NCBI GenBank assembly: GCA_964428315.1
Contig: CAYRXT010000001.1
Span: 18,944 to 82,943, forward strand
Reading direction: 5' to 3'
Length of the DNA stretch: 64,000 nt
DNA from: an uncultured Planctomycetales bacterium
GTDB lineage: Bacteria > Omnitrophota > Gorgyraeia > Zapsychrales > CAYRXT01
Shown here piece after piece: positions 17,301 to 32,300 of this stretch (position 1 is the stretch's first letter; every line of letters begins with the position of its first letter). A program made the position numbers and the translations under genes. The notes beneath the pieces are model-generated. The model ran no database searches and had not been told where the DNA came from. It saw only the letters and a list, made by a program, of their open reading frames with translations.

Positions 17301-20300
17301 AGATGCGCGAGAAAAACGCGCTTCTCCCCGAAGATGAGAGGAAGTCGGAAAAGGAACTGCGCAAAGAACTGGCCTACGCCATGTACAACCAGTACAGCGT
17401 GGGAGGGGCCATGCTGAAATTTACCCTCAGCGCCCTGGACGCCGGCACGATCGACAACACGGTCGCCGGCCTGGAATACCTCTCTTCCCTTAAATATGTT
17501 CCGTCCGCCTTTCATGAATACTCCGGCTGGCAGCAGAGAGGCGTCGTGGACATCGCCCTGGACGAGGCCTGCGGCAGCGGCGACTGCGTGGCCTTCAGGG
17601 ACGGCAAAGGGCGGCTGTTTTCGGCGGACAGTGACAGTGACGAGGCGCGCAGGGCCAGGGAACAGGGCCGGATAGTGTCCGAGGATTTCAATAAAGACAG
17701 GCTGACCTTCGCCTGGTCCAAGAACGCCATCACCGGCGACACGACCATGCACATGATGGAAGGGGCCCGCTTCTTCGTGGGCAGCCGCAACTGGGAGGTG
17801 GGTTACGCCCGTCTCAAAAAAGACGAGCCCACCCAGCTGATACTCGACTTCGGCCAGCTGACACCTGCCGAACAGCTCCGGCTGGGGATGCTGGAGAGCA
17901 ACCTGGGCTGGCATTCGCAGAACATGGACGGCTCCTTTAACACGGCCAAACTGCTGACCGCGAACGGCCGGGTCATGGGATCCGAAGGCCCTGAACTGAA
18001 ACGAGGCTACACCTCCAAACTGGAAGAAAAAGACGGCGAAATGAAGATGGTCTACCGCAACGCCGTCGGCGAAGAGGTTGAAGCCGGCGAGGCCGTTGCC
18101 GACGATTATTCCTCCGCAGAACGGATGGAGGTCTTCACCAAGGGCAAGTCCGGTGTCCTCGGCGGTACCGTCAGCCGGGACATCCTCCTTGGCCAGGACA
18201 AGGCGAGCGTGTACGTTATGTACGAAAACCGGCGCAAGTCGTTCCTGGGGCTTGGCAACACGGCCCTGGGCAGCGCGCTGGGCATGACGCGCACCGACCG
18301 CCGCGTGGACGTGGAGTTCAACCGCCACGGCGATTACAACTTTGATGTGGAGGCCGATGTTTATGACATAAGCATGCCCGGGGGCGGCTACGCGGACAGG
18401 CGTGAAGAACGCCATACCGGCAACGTCCGGCTGGGCGTCACCATGTTCATCGGCGGTTCTCTGCGGGATAAAGAGGAGGGCGACTTCATCAACTCCTTCC
18501 GCACCATCGGCCTGCGCACCGACGGCGTGGACAGGGCCGATATCGTGGCCCAGCGCTTCAGCCACGCCGATGACGCGGACATGTCGAAATACTTCGTTGC
18601 CAGCCTGGATTATTTCGCCAACAAGAATGTGGATTTCATAAAGGCGCGCCTGCTGGAGACCTTGGCCGAAAGCCGCGGGATTTCGGCGGAAGGCCTGAAA
18701 GATGTCGTCCGCACGCCTGACCTGAAGGCCGGTTATACGCGCGCGGTCGATGGGACCGGCGACGAGCAGAAGCTGGTGTATTACAGCCTGGCGACCGGCG
18801 CCGAAGTGGAACGGGAAGAGGCCCTCAGGCCTGACGGCGGCAGTGTCGTGGCCGTGTACGACGACGGAAACGGCGGCGAAAGGCGGGTGGACATCACCCG
18901 GAACGACGATAAGACCGGCCGGCCGGAGGCCGGCGAGGCCATCGCGGACCGTGAGCACAGCCTCCTGGAAGAGAGGGACGTCCAGATCGCCCTTTCCCGT
19001 GAGGAGAACGGGGCGGTCAACCACGACCGGTTTCATATATTGTCCAATCTGAGCCGCCTTTCCGGGAACGTGGCGTCCAAAGAGCTGGTCCAGGCGGATT
19101 TTCATGTCGACGCCTTCGCCCGGGAACGCGGCAGGGCCCTGACGCCTCCGCTCAACGATAATGGTAAAGTCAGGGACGATGTGGAGATCCTTGGGGGCAA
19201 TACCTCTGCCCCCGTTTATGTGGACAAAAGAACGGGCGATTTCCTGACCGCCGAAGAGGCCGGCGTCACCGAAGACAGGGGCCTGTTCTTCCAGGAAATA
19301 AGGACCTACAGGAATCTGCCGTATATGGCCGGCATGGGCGGCGATGAGGCCGAACGGGAAAGGGCCGGCGCCCTTTCCGACGCGATGTATATCGAGACGG
19401 TTTACAGCATGCCCACCAGGGGCAGAAATACGACCCTGATCAAGCAGGACGAGCTGTCTTTCGGCATGGGGGACAGGGAGCAGGCTAAGAAATTCCTCGA
19501 CTTATACAAGAAGACGGAGGCCGCGAAGGGCGCTGACATCGGCGAATTCGGACACCTGGCCGGCGCCAAGGGCCGCATCGCCTTCCAGACCACGATATTC
19601 GACAAGGAGTTCACCGGCTCGAAATACGGCGAGATCAACGACAAGGTCCTCAGCGAGCTCAACGACATCAAGGGCGCGATCTTCGACTCCTACGCCGTCG
19701 CCGGAGGGGAAACCCTCGATAAGGGCCGCATGCTCTTCGGCGACCTGAAGGAAATGAAAGAGGTCACCCACCATGTCAGGGCGAATTTCGGTTTTGACAT
19801 GCACGAGATCAGGGCGCAGGACAGAGAACAGCTGGACAAGGCCGTGGCGCAGTTCGACCAGGGCGAGATCGATGAGATCACCATCAGCGGGTACACCGAC
19901 GAGGCCGGGTCCGTCGCCTACAACCTGGAGCTCGGCCAGAAACGGGCCGAGGCCATGAAGGCGTATCTCATCGAGAGGGGCGTGTCCGGAGAGAAGATCA
20001 AGACCGTGTCTCACGGTGAGAAGAAGGTCACGGTGACCGGCAAGGCGTACTCCAAAGAGGCGGGCCTGGTCGACCGCAAGTCCGAGTTCGAGTTCAAGAC
20101 GCTTGAAGAAGGGGAGACCTCGGGCCGTTCGTACGTCAATATCGACAACATCCGCGCGGACGGCCGGATCGAGGGGAACGTCGGCGTCGACGGCTTCCTG
20201 GTCCACGGCGGTGAGGGCATCTCCAACGACACCCTGATCCTGGCGCCCACCGGCGGCATGGAACTGCAGAGCCGCGCGGCCTTTGTCACCACCTTTAACG

Positions 20301-23300
20301 ACGGGATCCGCCAGGGCATGGGACGCAAGGAGGCCCTGGAGCTGGCCTTCGCGGCCGTCAGGCCTCCGGAAGCAGAGTTGAAAACCCTTGCCCCGCCACT
20401 GAAAGACGGTTACATGCGCGTCCTTCCCGGTGACGGGAACGGACCGGCGGGTTACTGGGACATGAACGCGGAGAAGTGGGTCTCCAGGGAAGAGGCCCTG
20501 GATATCCCCGCGGCCGGGGCGGAGTCCGAGGCCGGATCCGTGGACGGCGTGGCCAAGGCCCGCGACCTTGACGCCGGACTGGTGGCCTACGCCACGGAAC
20601 TGCGCAAGGTCGGCGCGGACAAGCCCGGACAGTATGTCCGCGTCCAGGACAACATGCCGGTCCTCCCCAAGAAGGTCATCTTCGACAAGAAAGGCGCCTG
20701 GAACCCCTGGGACACCAAGCGCGTCGATGACGAGGGGACGATGGTCGTGGCCAGCCGGTTCCGCGACGGGACGGTCACGATGAGCGAAGGCGGAGCCGTC
20801 TATTCCAAGGGCCTCAAGGCGACGATCTTCACGAACAAGAACGCCCGGGAAGACCAGGGCCCCATGTACGAGATCCTCGACGGGGTGACCGAACAGCTGG
20901 CCGGCTATGAAGTGGAAGGCAAACAGAGCTTCGCCGTGGTCGCCGGCGCGGGCACCGAGATGGAATACGACGGCCGCAGATGGCTCCTTAAGGACATGGA
21001 CGGCAACATCGTGGGCGAGAGAAAGCTGGCCTACGGCGACGCCGTGGGCACCGGCCGCATATCAAAGAAGGCCGAGGAAAGAGAGAATGTTGACCAGGAC
21101 GAAAAGAGGACCTACCGCTACCGCCTGGGCCACGGCATGGAGGGCGCCACGGCCAACAAGGACGGGATCATCTCCATGGTCTCGAAGTCGGGCGGGGATG
21201 ACAGCGTCATCGTCACGGTCACCAAGACCAAGGGCGGCGCCGGGGAATCCCCCGAGTTCATTTCCTCTTACAAGACCACTTACGACAACATCCATAATAA
21301 GGAAGGCGGGAAGTCCATATTCCAGCACCACACCGTCCGCGAAGAGGGCGAACAGCTCGAATACATCCTCGCCGGAAGCGGCCTGGAATCCACCCGCACC
21401 TACGAAGGCGCCCGGTTCCGCGTCGACCAGGAAGACAAGTCCAGCCTCCACCGGCAGGGGGATAATTTGTATGAGATAACGGGCGACGCAAATAGAGACT
21501 CGGCCGGTTATATCGAACTGGGCAGGCACGGCCTCATCAAGGGGGCCTATGCCAGGATGTGGAACCACGACGGCCTGCACGAAATGAAACAGTTCGGCCG
21601 CTTCGCCGACGCCGAATTCACTATTGTCGCGAAGGGAGACATGTTCATCGAGGACGGGGGCGTTGACGCCTCGCGCTCCGGCGAGTTCTTTTATGTCACG
21701 AAGGACACCAGGAAAGAGCTTCTGCCGGGGATATCCGTCGAGGCCATGTCCCACCTGGGGCTGGGCGACCGCAACCAGGTTGATTCCGGGATCATGGTGA
21801 AGGACTGGAGAGGAAATCTGGTCTTCAAAAAGCTGGCCGAGGCCAGGCTGGACGGGTTTGCCAAAAGAGATAAAGATCTGGTCCTGATCTCTTCGAACGG
21901 AAAACTGTCCGTTGACCGCGGGAAGTTCCTTTATCTTCAGCAGGACATCAAGGAGAACAGCAAGACCGGACCGTCGGGCGGCGGGGAAAACAAGAAGAAA
22001 ACATTTGAAGAGACGGATCCTCGCACGGCCGACCAGAGGCTGGTCTCCCAGGCCAACAAGCAGAGCGGGGAATCCCGCGCCGGCATCCAGGGACTTTACC
22101 GGGGGGACAAGGAGATCATCGACGCTTCCGACGAGGCCATGGCCGAGGCCCAGGCCATCGGCGGCGCAGATGGCGTCGCGCTCCCCGACTTCAAGCTGGA
22201 ATTCATCCCCCACGCCACCGGCGTGACGCCTAACCTCCACACGGCCGGGTCCATGCTGTTTGTCTCCAAAGAGACGACCAAAGACAAGTCCGTCAAGGTC
22301 GGGCACAAGATCACCAAGGTGGCCAAGAACGGCCGCAGGCGCACCGGCCACGACGAAAAGCTGGATGTTTCTAGTGCGGGCGGCGAAGGCAGTGTCATCA
22401 ACTGGGACAAGAACGGAAACATGGTTTTTCTCGGCGGGGACAAACGCTGGAAGGGCGAGAACTATCAATGGACGCACGACGACCACGCCGTCCTGCAGAA
22501 CAAGACCGGCGAATGGGAGGGCGGGCATCTCAGCGCCGCCGCCTTTTCCAGGGAAGCCCGTCTGACCACCGACGGGAAGTGGGCCCTTTTCAAAGGTTTG
22601 GAAGGCAGTTCCTGGGCCAAGGGGTTCTTTGATGTGCAAGGCCAGAAGGTCAAGGTCATCGAGGGGATACGCAACACTTATGTCGGGGTCAAGGAAAACA
22701 AGACCCTCAAGGGCGGGTTCACAGTGCCGGTATATGTGGAAGGCAGCAGCCGGCTGAGCGGCTGGGCCCTGAACGCCGTGGCCGGGACCTCGGGCGTGAC
22801 GCCCTTTGCCGAGGCGCAGGCCGATCCTTCTTCTGCGCAGGAGACGCCGCGTTTCGCGACGTTTGAGCACTTCGGAGAGGTCAAGACCGAAAAAGGTTTG
22901 ACCTTTGAAGGCCAGACATTCAACTTCGATGAAGTCGGCATCAAGATCGAAGAGGCCGGACAGAGCCTCGCGATGAAGATTCAGGGAGTGGACAAGCACG
23001 GCAACCTTCAGCTGGAAACCACGGACGATTTTGTCAACACCCGGGCCGAACACGAGATCGCCGGAGAGATGTACGTTTACGCCCATGATATCGCCGGCTT
23101 CCGGGACCTGCTGGTTGCCAGGGGAGGTCCCCGCATGACCATTCACCTGAGCGGAAAGAAGGACGCCAAGGCCCAGAAAAAAATATTGAAGACAGAATTG
23201 GATGCGCTCAGGACCTACCTCCACGAGCGTTCCCTGCAGGGTTCATCCGATGAGAATATAGCCGACCGTTACAATCCGGAAAAGAGGAACGTCCTGGAAG

Positions 23301-26300
23301 GGATCACATTTGACAATGTCAGAGAAAAAGTCGCGGTCGGGCTGGGCGGCGCGCATCGGTCCACCACCGGATCCTTCGGGACAGTGATGGGACGGGAATT
23401 CAGGGTCCACGGACAGAAGGCCGAGGTCCGTGACGAGAATGGCGAGTACGTAACGAGGTTTGTCGTGGAAAACAACGATTTTCAGACACGGTCCAAGCGC
23501 AAGATCGAAGGGGCCAAGGAAGATGACGAGGTCGTTGTCACGGCGATGTCCACCCGCGGCGGCATCATCGAAAAGGACGACAAGGTCACGGTCTACCACA
23601 GAGACGGCACCTCCACCGAAGGCGCCCTGAGGGCCGTGCCCGTTACAGTGACGGAGAAAGGCAAGGAGGTGGAGAAGCAGAAGCTTACCTTCTTCAAGAA
23701 CGGCGCCACCCTTTCACACAAGGAAAAACTTAAATCACCCGGCGGAGAGGAGTTTACCCTGGTCAGCCACCTCAAGGTCCACGACGGCCAGTTCGTCTCG
23801 GATTCCGAGAAGAAACCCCAGCTTCTGGACAAGAACAACGAGGACTTGATCGCCCTGGCCGACGGCGGCAAAAACCAGAGGGTTGTTATCGACTCGGTCC
23901 ATTCGGGAGATGTTTCCGACGCGGCGGGCAAGACGAGGTCACTGATAACCATAAGGTTTGAAAACGAGGTTGAGGTGGGTTACGATTCGAATCTCACTTT
24001 CAAAAGGAAAGCGATTAAATCGAAAAATAACATCATCGACCTCGTCACCAAGACCCTGTTCAGCCGTGAAGACGCCCTCAGCGAGTTCGGGAAAGGCGCG
24101 GAAGGCGGCAAGACCCTGACCTTTGTCCACAAGAATTTGGGCTACGACCATATCGCGAAATTGTCCCAGGACGAGGGGGAGATCGAGGAGAAGCAGTATG
24201 TCCGGTATTATGACTCGCGGTTGAAGAAAGAGGTGACCGCCGAGTTGATCGTCGGTTCGGAGGTTGAGGGCCGCGATTTTGCCTCGGGCGCCGACAGGAA
24301 GCTTGTCTTTATAGACACCCGCAATGTTAAAGGGATAAAGGAAGATACCCAGGTCTTCGACATGAACACCGGCGACCGGGTGGCAAGCTGGGTGCGCATA
24401 GAGGCCGGCGGCAAGGTTATCGGCGCCACGAAGGACCGTTTCTTCCACCGCCACAAGAAACAGGACGGCTGGCTGGGTCAGAACACGGGACTCCTGAAGG
24501 ACATGAATGACAGCGCCTTCCACCGTACCGGAAAGATGACCTGGGTGAAGAGGAAGCTGATGGACGCCGGCATGAGTTACCATGCGGCGACGGCCCTGGA
24601 TCTTTCCGACCCTTCCGCCTTGACGGTCCTGACCGCCCCGCTGATGGTGATGGGTGTCGCAGCCAAAGCCGGTCAGGCAGCGCGGATGGTCAGAGCCTAT
24701 AAAGCAGCGAAAGATGTTGCGGGGGTGGCCAGAGTTGTGCAGGCCTGGAAAACAGCTAAAAACATTGGAAGGGGAATGGAGGCCCTTTCTCTCCTCAACA
24801 CGGCGAGGAGCGGGGAAAATGTCATGCTGACCATGACCGGGATCCAGAAGGCGGCCGAGGGGGCCAGTCTTGCCGTCAAAGGCAATTCGGCCCTGGCCAT
24901 GTATAAGGCCTCGAGGGCCGTGTCGGCCACAACAAAACTTATGCGGCTCGGCAATACCATGATTAACCAGGGCGCGTTCTTGGGTGCGCTTCAGGCCGGT
25001 GTGTACACGTACCAGGCCGGCGGTGACGCGACCTGGAGCGGGGCGCTCGCAGCGGGGGCCGAGGGCTTTAAGTCCGGAAGAAACTTTGCCCTGATGCTCG
25101 GCAGCGCGTCGGTCCTGGCCAAGGGCACGCGGATATTCCAGGGCATCCAAGCAGGCCGCCGTCTGGAGAAAGCCGCAGAAACCCTGGCTGAAATAGGCAA
25201 AAATTCGAGCGGCCTGAGGTCTTTGACCGCCAAGGTGTCTTCCAAAATACTTGGAGGAGGACTCAAGGTCGCCCGCTCTTCTTATACGGCTGGCGCCCTG
25301 CAGGGCGCGGCGGTCAACGTCGTCCGGGGATACGTGACGGCCCTGCTCGATGATGAAAACGACAACCTCGATGATGAAAACTACAACTGGGGCGATTTCG
25401 GCCGCGACGCTCTCGTCGGCGTTGCCCTCGGAGCGGCCTTCAACGGTACTGTTCTTAACCGCTTTGCGAAAGGTAAAAAGCTTGGGCTTACGATTAAGGA
25501 CAGAACCTACGGCTTCAAGGCGATGGAGGGCGGCAGGTCCTTCGCTGCCGTGAACACGATGAAGCTCGCCGGTTACACGGGGCTCGGCGTCATCGGCGGA
25601 CAGGTGGATTCCTGGCACCGCGGTAAAGGATGGAACTCCCTCGGCGAGGTGGCCATGGACGCCGGGTTCAGCTTCCTTGGCGCTTACGCGACGGTCGCGG
25701 CACCGAAGTGGTCCAAGAGGGTGCTGTATGGTGAAGACGCCAGCGCGTCGATGTTCCTGCGCAAAGGAGAGTTCGCGGAATATTTATTGAACCGCCAAAA
25801 CATCGTAGGAAAAATTTCCAAAACAATCCACAAAAGTACTCAAGGCGTGTTCGGCGCGGAAGGCCTTCTGGCCACATCTCAAAACCCTCTCCTGAGGGGT
25901 CTGCGGGCATACCGTCAGTCTAAGGTCGGGGCCGTCCTCAACACCGGCTTCAAGGGTTTCGGCGCCGGATATGGTCTTTCTTATTTTGATGACGATATCA
26001 AAGGCGGTGCTTTCAGCATGGAAAGGATGAACTACGGCCTGGCCGGCATGACCGCCCTTGGCCTCATGAAGGTCGGCCGTATGGCTTCGAAATGGATTAA
26101 TGAAAAAGCGGTCCAGTCGGCGGTGCAGGAGATGGGGCTGACCGGGCGACAGATCGGTCTTGCGAATATCATAGACAACCCCGCTCTTATAACCCGCATG
26201 TCCATGGCCGGCGCCGTGGATTTCGCCGCCATCGGCCCGGCGTGGGGCATGATGGACATGGCCGCGGTAGGCCTGATCAACAAGGTGACGGGCAGTGACC

Positions 26301-29300
26301 ATGACGCCAAACGCCATTCCTTTATTATGAAGAAGACCGACGCCTACGGCAACGAGACCGGAGACATGGGGCTGTGGGAGTCCATGGCCATGCACGTTAT
26401 GTCCATGGCGCCCAACGGCGCGACGCTGGGGCCGCTTCTCGGCGTGGCGCAGATGCCGTTCACCGCCTTTGCCAGGGCCGGGGAAGGCGAAGCCGCGACA
26501 AAGACATTCGAGTTTATCGCCTCCAGGACACACACCATGCCTTTGACCGTCCTCCAGCTTGCGGGAACGGAGCTGGGCGCCGAGGCCCTTATCGCCCGTT
26601 CACAGTACGGCAAAAATCTCATCGCCGAGCACGGCAAGGACAAAGGCCACCAGATGATCAAGGGTATCGGCCAGCAGGTCGCCTTCATCAGCCTGTTCCT
26701 GAAGCCCAACGCCCGCGCCCTGTCGCCGACCCACAAAATTCTGGAAAAAATCAGCGTTGACACCAACGGCGCCCCGAAAAGGGTTATCAATCAAATCCGG
26801 TACCGCATAAGACAGATTAAGGAGAGAGGCGGATCCCCGTCCGAACTCGATGTCCAAAAGACCATGGAACAGGTCACTAATAAAGCTTTTACAAAATTCA
26901 CCGAAAGCGAGCTCAAGCTCATCAAACAGGGCCTGGAAATGGCCAAAAGGTCTCCGGAAGGGAAACTGGACGTCGATCAGTTGAACCGGATGGCCGACAA
27001 CAACATGATTGAGAATGGAGTGACCCCGGATTTCCTGAAAGGCGAGGAAAGCGTGTTCAAAATACACGAAGGCGAGACCTATCTCATGGAGACGTCCCAT
27101 CAGTTGGAGGGAATGCGGAGACAGATGAAGAAGCAGATCGCCGAAAAGGGCGCGGCGGACCCGAAACTTGTCAAAGATTACAGCGTTTTATACGACCATT
27201 TTACCCACCAGTATGAAATGGGCAAGATGGCAAGGCAGGTGGGTGTTCCTCTTAAATCCGTCGCTGACACGGCCTTGGACGGCCTGTTGGAGAAAGGCCT
27301 CGACCATTTGTTAACACAGAAGGACGGCCAGCGCTTCGAGATGGTGGTGCACTATTCGGGACGGGCAGGCGAGGCGACTCCCTCGGGAAAAAGGAAGACC
27401 GCCACCCTCAGTACCGAGTCCGGCACGGTCACCATCGACGGCAAGACAAGACCCCTGACGGAACAGACGTACAATGAATTCATGGACCGCGTCATCGCGG
27501 ACAAGAAGAGCGGCAAGATCGAGAGGATCGTCGAGATGGGCCTTGACCCGAACGCCATGTTCGAGGGGCAGGCCTCGTGCTATTCCGGCGTCGAGCATTA
27601 TGTTGTCGACGGGAAAATGGTCGACGTCAAGGTCTCGCGGATCTTCGCCAGGGACGCCCAGGCCATGGCTCATGAGACGGCCAAGCTGATGGTCTCCAGC
27701 CACCGGCGCGATCTCCGCGTACGGCAATCTCAGGGCGAGACACCCCGACACACGACGCAGACCGATGTCAGCGCGGCCGAACAATATGTCAATCCCGTGA
27801 TCGCCGCCGAGGGCACGGGCATGCGTCAGTTGGTCTTGGATACGGTCGGCCGGCGCAAAGTGCGGGCCCCGGAGGGCGAATACCGCTCCGGCAAGAATAA
27901 GACCGGCACGCCGCAGGCGCCCCTGCGCGCTTCCTTCGATTCCTTCGCCAGCCTTAACCATGGGGTGGATATCCTTCCTACCGGCGTTCTCCCCGAACAC
28001 CTTGTCAATCCTTCCCGGGAACAGATTTACGAGCAAAAAGAACAGGCCCAAAAAATCCGTTCCCAGATTATGTACCGCATCAAGCGGTATGAACAGAGGA
28101 CGGGAGATAAAAAGCTCGAGGGATTTGATATTGAAAGCGTCATGAACCAGATCGAGACCCGCGGCCGTACGAAGTGGAGCGAAAACGACCTTTTTTTGAT
28201 ACGGGAGTCTCTCGAGAGGGCCAAGGATACCGGCGGCAAGTGGGACCACACGGTCGACCAGATCTTCGGCGGGGCCATGGAGCTGAAGATTTCGGACCGT
28301 CTCCTTAAGGAAGGGTTCACGGCCCGGGCGGTCATCAATTCGCGCGCCGGCATCGGCAAGACGGAGTTTGCGCGGCCGATTGCCGCGGAGGTTGTTCGCC
28401 GGGCCGCGGTGCAGGGGAGCCAGCAGATCATGGTCTGGTCCACCACCACCAACAATCTCCAGAAGGCGATCGAATATTTCAGGGGAGACAACAGGGGAAA
28501 CAACAAGGAAAACAAAGGGCTCGGCCCGGATCGCGTCAAGCATGTCAAAGGCGACGGCCAGGCCATGGACAAGGCCCTCGAGGGCCTGGACGCCAAGCCC
28601 GGCGACATCATCGTGGTCGACCACGGTCAGCTTCAGATGCTGGCCAACGCCGGAAAACTGCGCGGCAAGTTCCTGTTTATCGACGAGCCGCAGGCGGGAT
28701 TCCAGTCTCCGGGCCTGAACGTCGGCCGCCTCAACGGCCAGGGGGCCAGGATTTTTAACGAGGTGCTGGACGCCAAAGGCCGCAAGGAGCGGGAAGGCCA
28801 GTACGATCATGACTGTGGCTTGTACGAGCTTCTGGCCACAAAGATCGAGGCCTATCAAAAAGCCAATGGAGAAGGTGCGGGAATCAAGACAAAGAGCGTG
28901 GAGGGCGTCGAGATCAGGGACCTCAGCCAGGTGGTGGATAAAATCAGGTTTGAAATAAAAAGCGAATGGAAGCAGACCAGACAATATAAAAAGAACCGTT
29001 ATTACGGCAAGGGCAAAAAATTCGACGGCGGCCGCAATTCCGCCGACCGCTACCTGGATATCCTGATCGACGCCGCGGCCGACATCTACTCGGCGAAGAC
29101 ATACGAAGTCACGATCGATAAGAAAACGGGTAAATACGAATCCTACGCGACAATCGACTCAAACACCGGGAAGAAGATGGAACGCACGATGTTCGGCGAC
29201 GACGGCACCGGCATGAACGCCAAGGCCAGGATGCTCATCGCCGGCAAGGCCTCGCGCACCAAGTCGTCGCGTCTGGAACTCCTTCATCACTACACGGAAG

Positions 29301-32300
29301 CCTCGTATCACCAGAGCGATATCTCGACCAATTTCATCAAGGCCGTCGAGCAGGCCGAAGGCTTCATCGCCCTGACGGCCACCGCCAATTCCTACAAGTC
29401 CACGTTTGACAAGCTGAACGCCGAGATTATCCAGACCGGCAAAAAAGAGGTCGATTACGCCGATATCCTGAACAAAACGCTGGATATCCGGGTCGATAAC
29501 CGTTCTCCGACCGAGACCATGCAGTCGGGGCTGGACCGTTTCTTCCAGGGTGAGACCAAAAAGTACGCGTCCGCCCTTAAGAAGCTGACGATCGTTGAGA
29601 GCCGCTTTAGGAAAGGGCGGGCCACTCAGTCGGAAGCGGACCACGCGCGCAAAGAACTTGAGACGGCTAAGAGCCGCATGGAAAAAGACATGACAGACCT
29701 CCTTATCCTTTCGACTAATGACGGCAAGGTGAGGGAGGCCCTGGAGACATACGCCTCTTCGCATGACATGAACGGCGGTAAATATGAGGTCGTGCGCGTT
29801 GAGACCAAGGAACAGCTCGCTTCCCTGCAGAAGCAGATCAAAAGCGAAGCGGAAAACGGCAGGGCCAAGAAGCGCATCGTCATTATGCAGGTTTACGACG
29901 GGATCAACCTGGCGGCGGACTACGGCAGCGGCAAGGGCCGTCTTATCCTGGGTAACCTGGCCTCGAGCGCCGATGCCCTCCAGGGTTTTCAGCGCGTCGG
30001 TGTCATAGCGGAGCTGGCCAAACGCCGCCTCCAGGGCCGCGCGGAATGGCTGATCTCGACCAAGGACAAGCGCATGACCGACGGCGAGTCCGCGAGGTTC
30101 AACGAATTTCTTTCCGCCCACGAGACGGCCAAAAGCGAACTGAAGGAGATCAGGAAAAAGGTCCGCCGTGGCGAGGCCGGTGAGGCTGACGTCCGGAGGG
30201 CCTCGGAGGCCCTGGCCGACGCCAGGACCAAGCTTGTCGCGGAATCCATGCGCGTCTCGGAAAGGATGGACCTGGAGGCGAACGACCGCAGTATCCGCAT
30301 GATGTCGCAGTCTTCAAAGATGTCCGCCAAGGAACTGCGCGACGCCGTGCACGACGCCGACATGGCCGTTCAGAAAAAGAACGCTGAATACTATTTCAGG
30401 CAGGCGGACAAGGACGGGCGGCGGCCGGAGACATTCGAAGTGACCAATCATGAAAATTCGGGCTACGACACGTACAGGGCCCTGCGCGACAAGTCGGGCC
30501 AGTTCACCGGGCTTGAGCACGTCGCCCTGACGGCGACCACCGCGCCGGTCCAGCTTGATCTGCAGGCTCAGCTCCAGCCCGGCCAGACGCTGAGCTTCAC
30601 CGAAGCGCTGTATGACAAAGACGGCGAGGAAACCGGACAGGTCATTTATGGTGAAGACAAACATGTCGCCGGTATTTACAAGACAGAGGTCATCCCGCAG
30701 GCCGGCGGCGAAAACGTCGAGATGGGCTTTGTCTACAACGTCGGAGAGGACAAGGCGTTCACGGCAGGGACGTTGTATGATATCAAGACAATCGACTATA
30801 TCAGACAGAAAGGGACTGATGCGCAGGAAGGCATCCTGCTGGTGAACGGCATGGGCGTCATCCATCTCGATAAGGACAATAAATTTTCTGTGGACGTTCA
30901 AAGCGGTCTTTACAGCATGCCTATCGAGGTCGACCGGATCGCGGGCCGCTTCGACCGCAAGAAAGAAAAGCTTATCAAGGACGAGGTCGTCCTGGCCGCC
31001 AGGCCGGAGGATTTCGCAAAAGAAGGCATTGAGGTACCGGAAGACGCTCTGCAGGCATTGGACAAAAAGGGCCGAGCCCGCGTGAGCCTGGCCGGGGATG
31101 TTTTCGAGAAAAAGTTCGGCGGCGGCTACAAGCTTATGAATGAGACAGTCAGCGCCTTTACACAGAACGCCTTTATCGCGAAGAGGCTCAGCGAAGACGC
31201 AAAAATCAATCGGGACAAGGCCAGGAAGGTCGCCGCGCACGCCCTGAAACGGATCCGTGATCGCAAACAGCGTCTCAGCAGGCTGAACATGGCCGGGGGA
31301 AAATACCAGGACAGGATGAACCAGCTAAACAATCTGGAAAACTATTTCGTGCAGACCCTGGATAATGATACGGAGAACTATAACCTGTATTACATCGACA
31401 TGGACAGCGACGAGATCAGGCAGGACTACATGGAGACCGTCGAGAAGATGGTTGAGCTGGCCGCGTATGATGAGGGGAGCTTGCTGACCATGCTCCAGGA
31501 TTCAAAGACGCCGGAACAGGACCGGCACGCCATTAAAGGGGTTATGGAACTCAGAAAGGAAGGGTTTGAGGTCAACCATATCCTTATAGACCGGTTTAAG
31601 AACTACGCGAAAGGACAAAGATTCGGAGGCCACAGCGGGTCCGGCGGACAGGGCCTCGGGCACAGCACCTATTTGACCAAAGACGCCCCGAAGTCCATTA
31701 ATATCTACAGCCAACAGGTCGGTTTGGACCGAAGCAAGCTTTCGGATCTGGATGCCATGGCCGAGGTGGCCATCCATGAGGCCATTACGGCCACAAAGAA
31801 AGACCAAAGCCATGAGATGGCGGTTGACCTTATTAAAGACATTTACGCGTGGGATAACTCTCTTCAGAATGTGGATATGGAGGACTTGAGCACAAAGACT
31901 GTGAAGGATGTCATCAATTTTCGCGGCGAGGAGTTGCAGTTTGGGGGGGGTATTGGCAATATCACTCTTGATATCCAGGAAGTCACCGAAGATGTGGACG
32001 GCATGAAAGGCCTGCGTCTTGCCCAGGCGAAGATCAATATTGATGCAAGACAAGATCGGATTTTCAATGGCCTGATCCGAAACGGCGATACGCTTGACCT
32101 CAACACGGGCGTAGTTACCCGTGAAAAAGAGACGGTGGCAGTCTTCGTTAACACAGACGTCCTTATCGGCAAGTCCAAGCAGGGCCTGCAGTCCAGCGGT
32201 TTCGACAGGCTGGTGGCGGTGCGGGACAACCATTTTGATCTCGGTTCCCCGTATGGGCCGAACTCCTGGCTGGGCCGGGTCTCGGGCGATATCGTCAACG

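Noticed and set aside
27660-31820. HE-containing motifs AHETAK and IHEAIT as metalloproteases
   Set aside because: The second His of HExxH is missing; at most degenerate relics.
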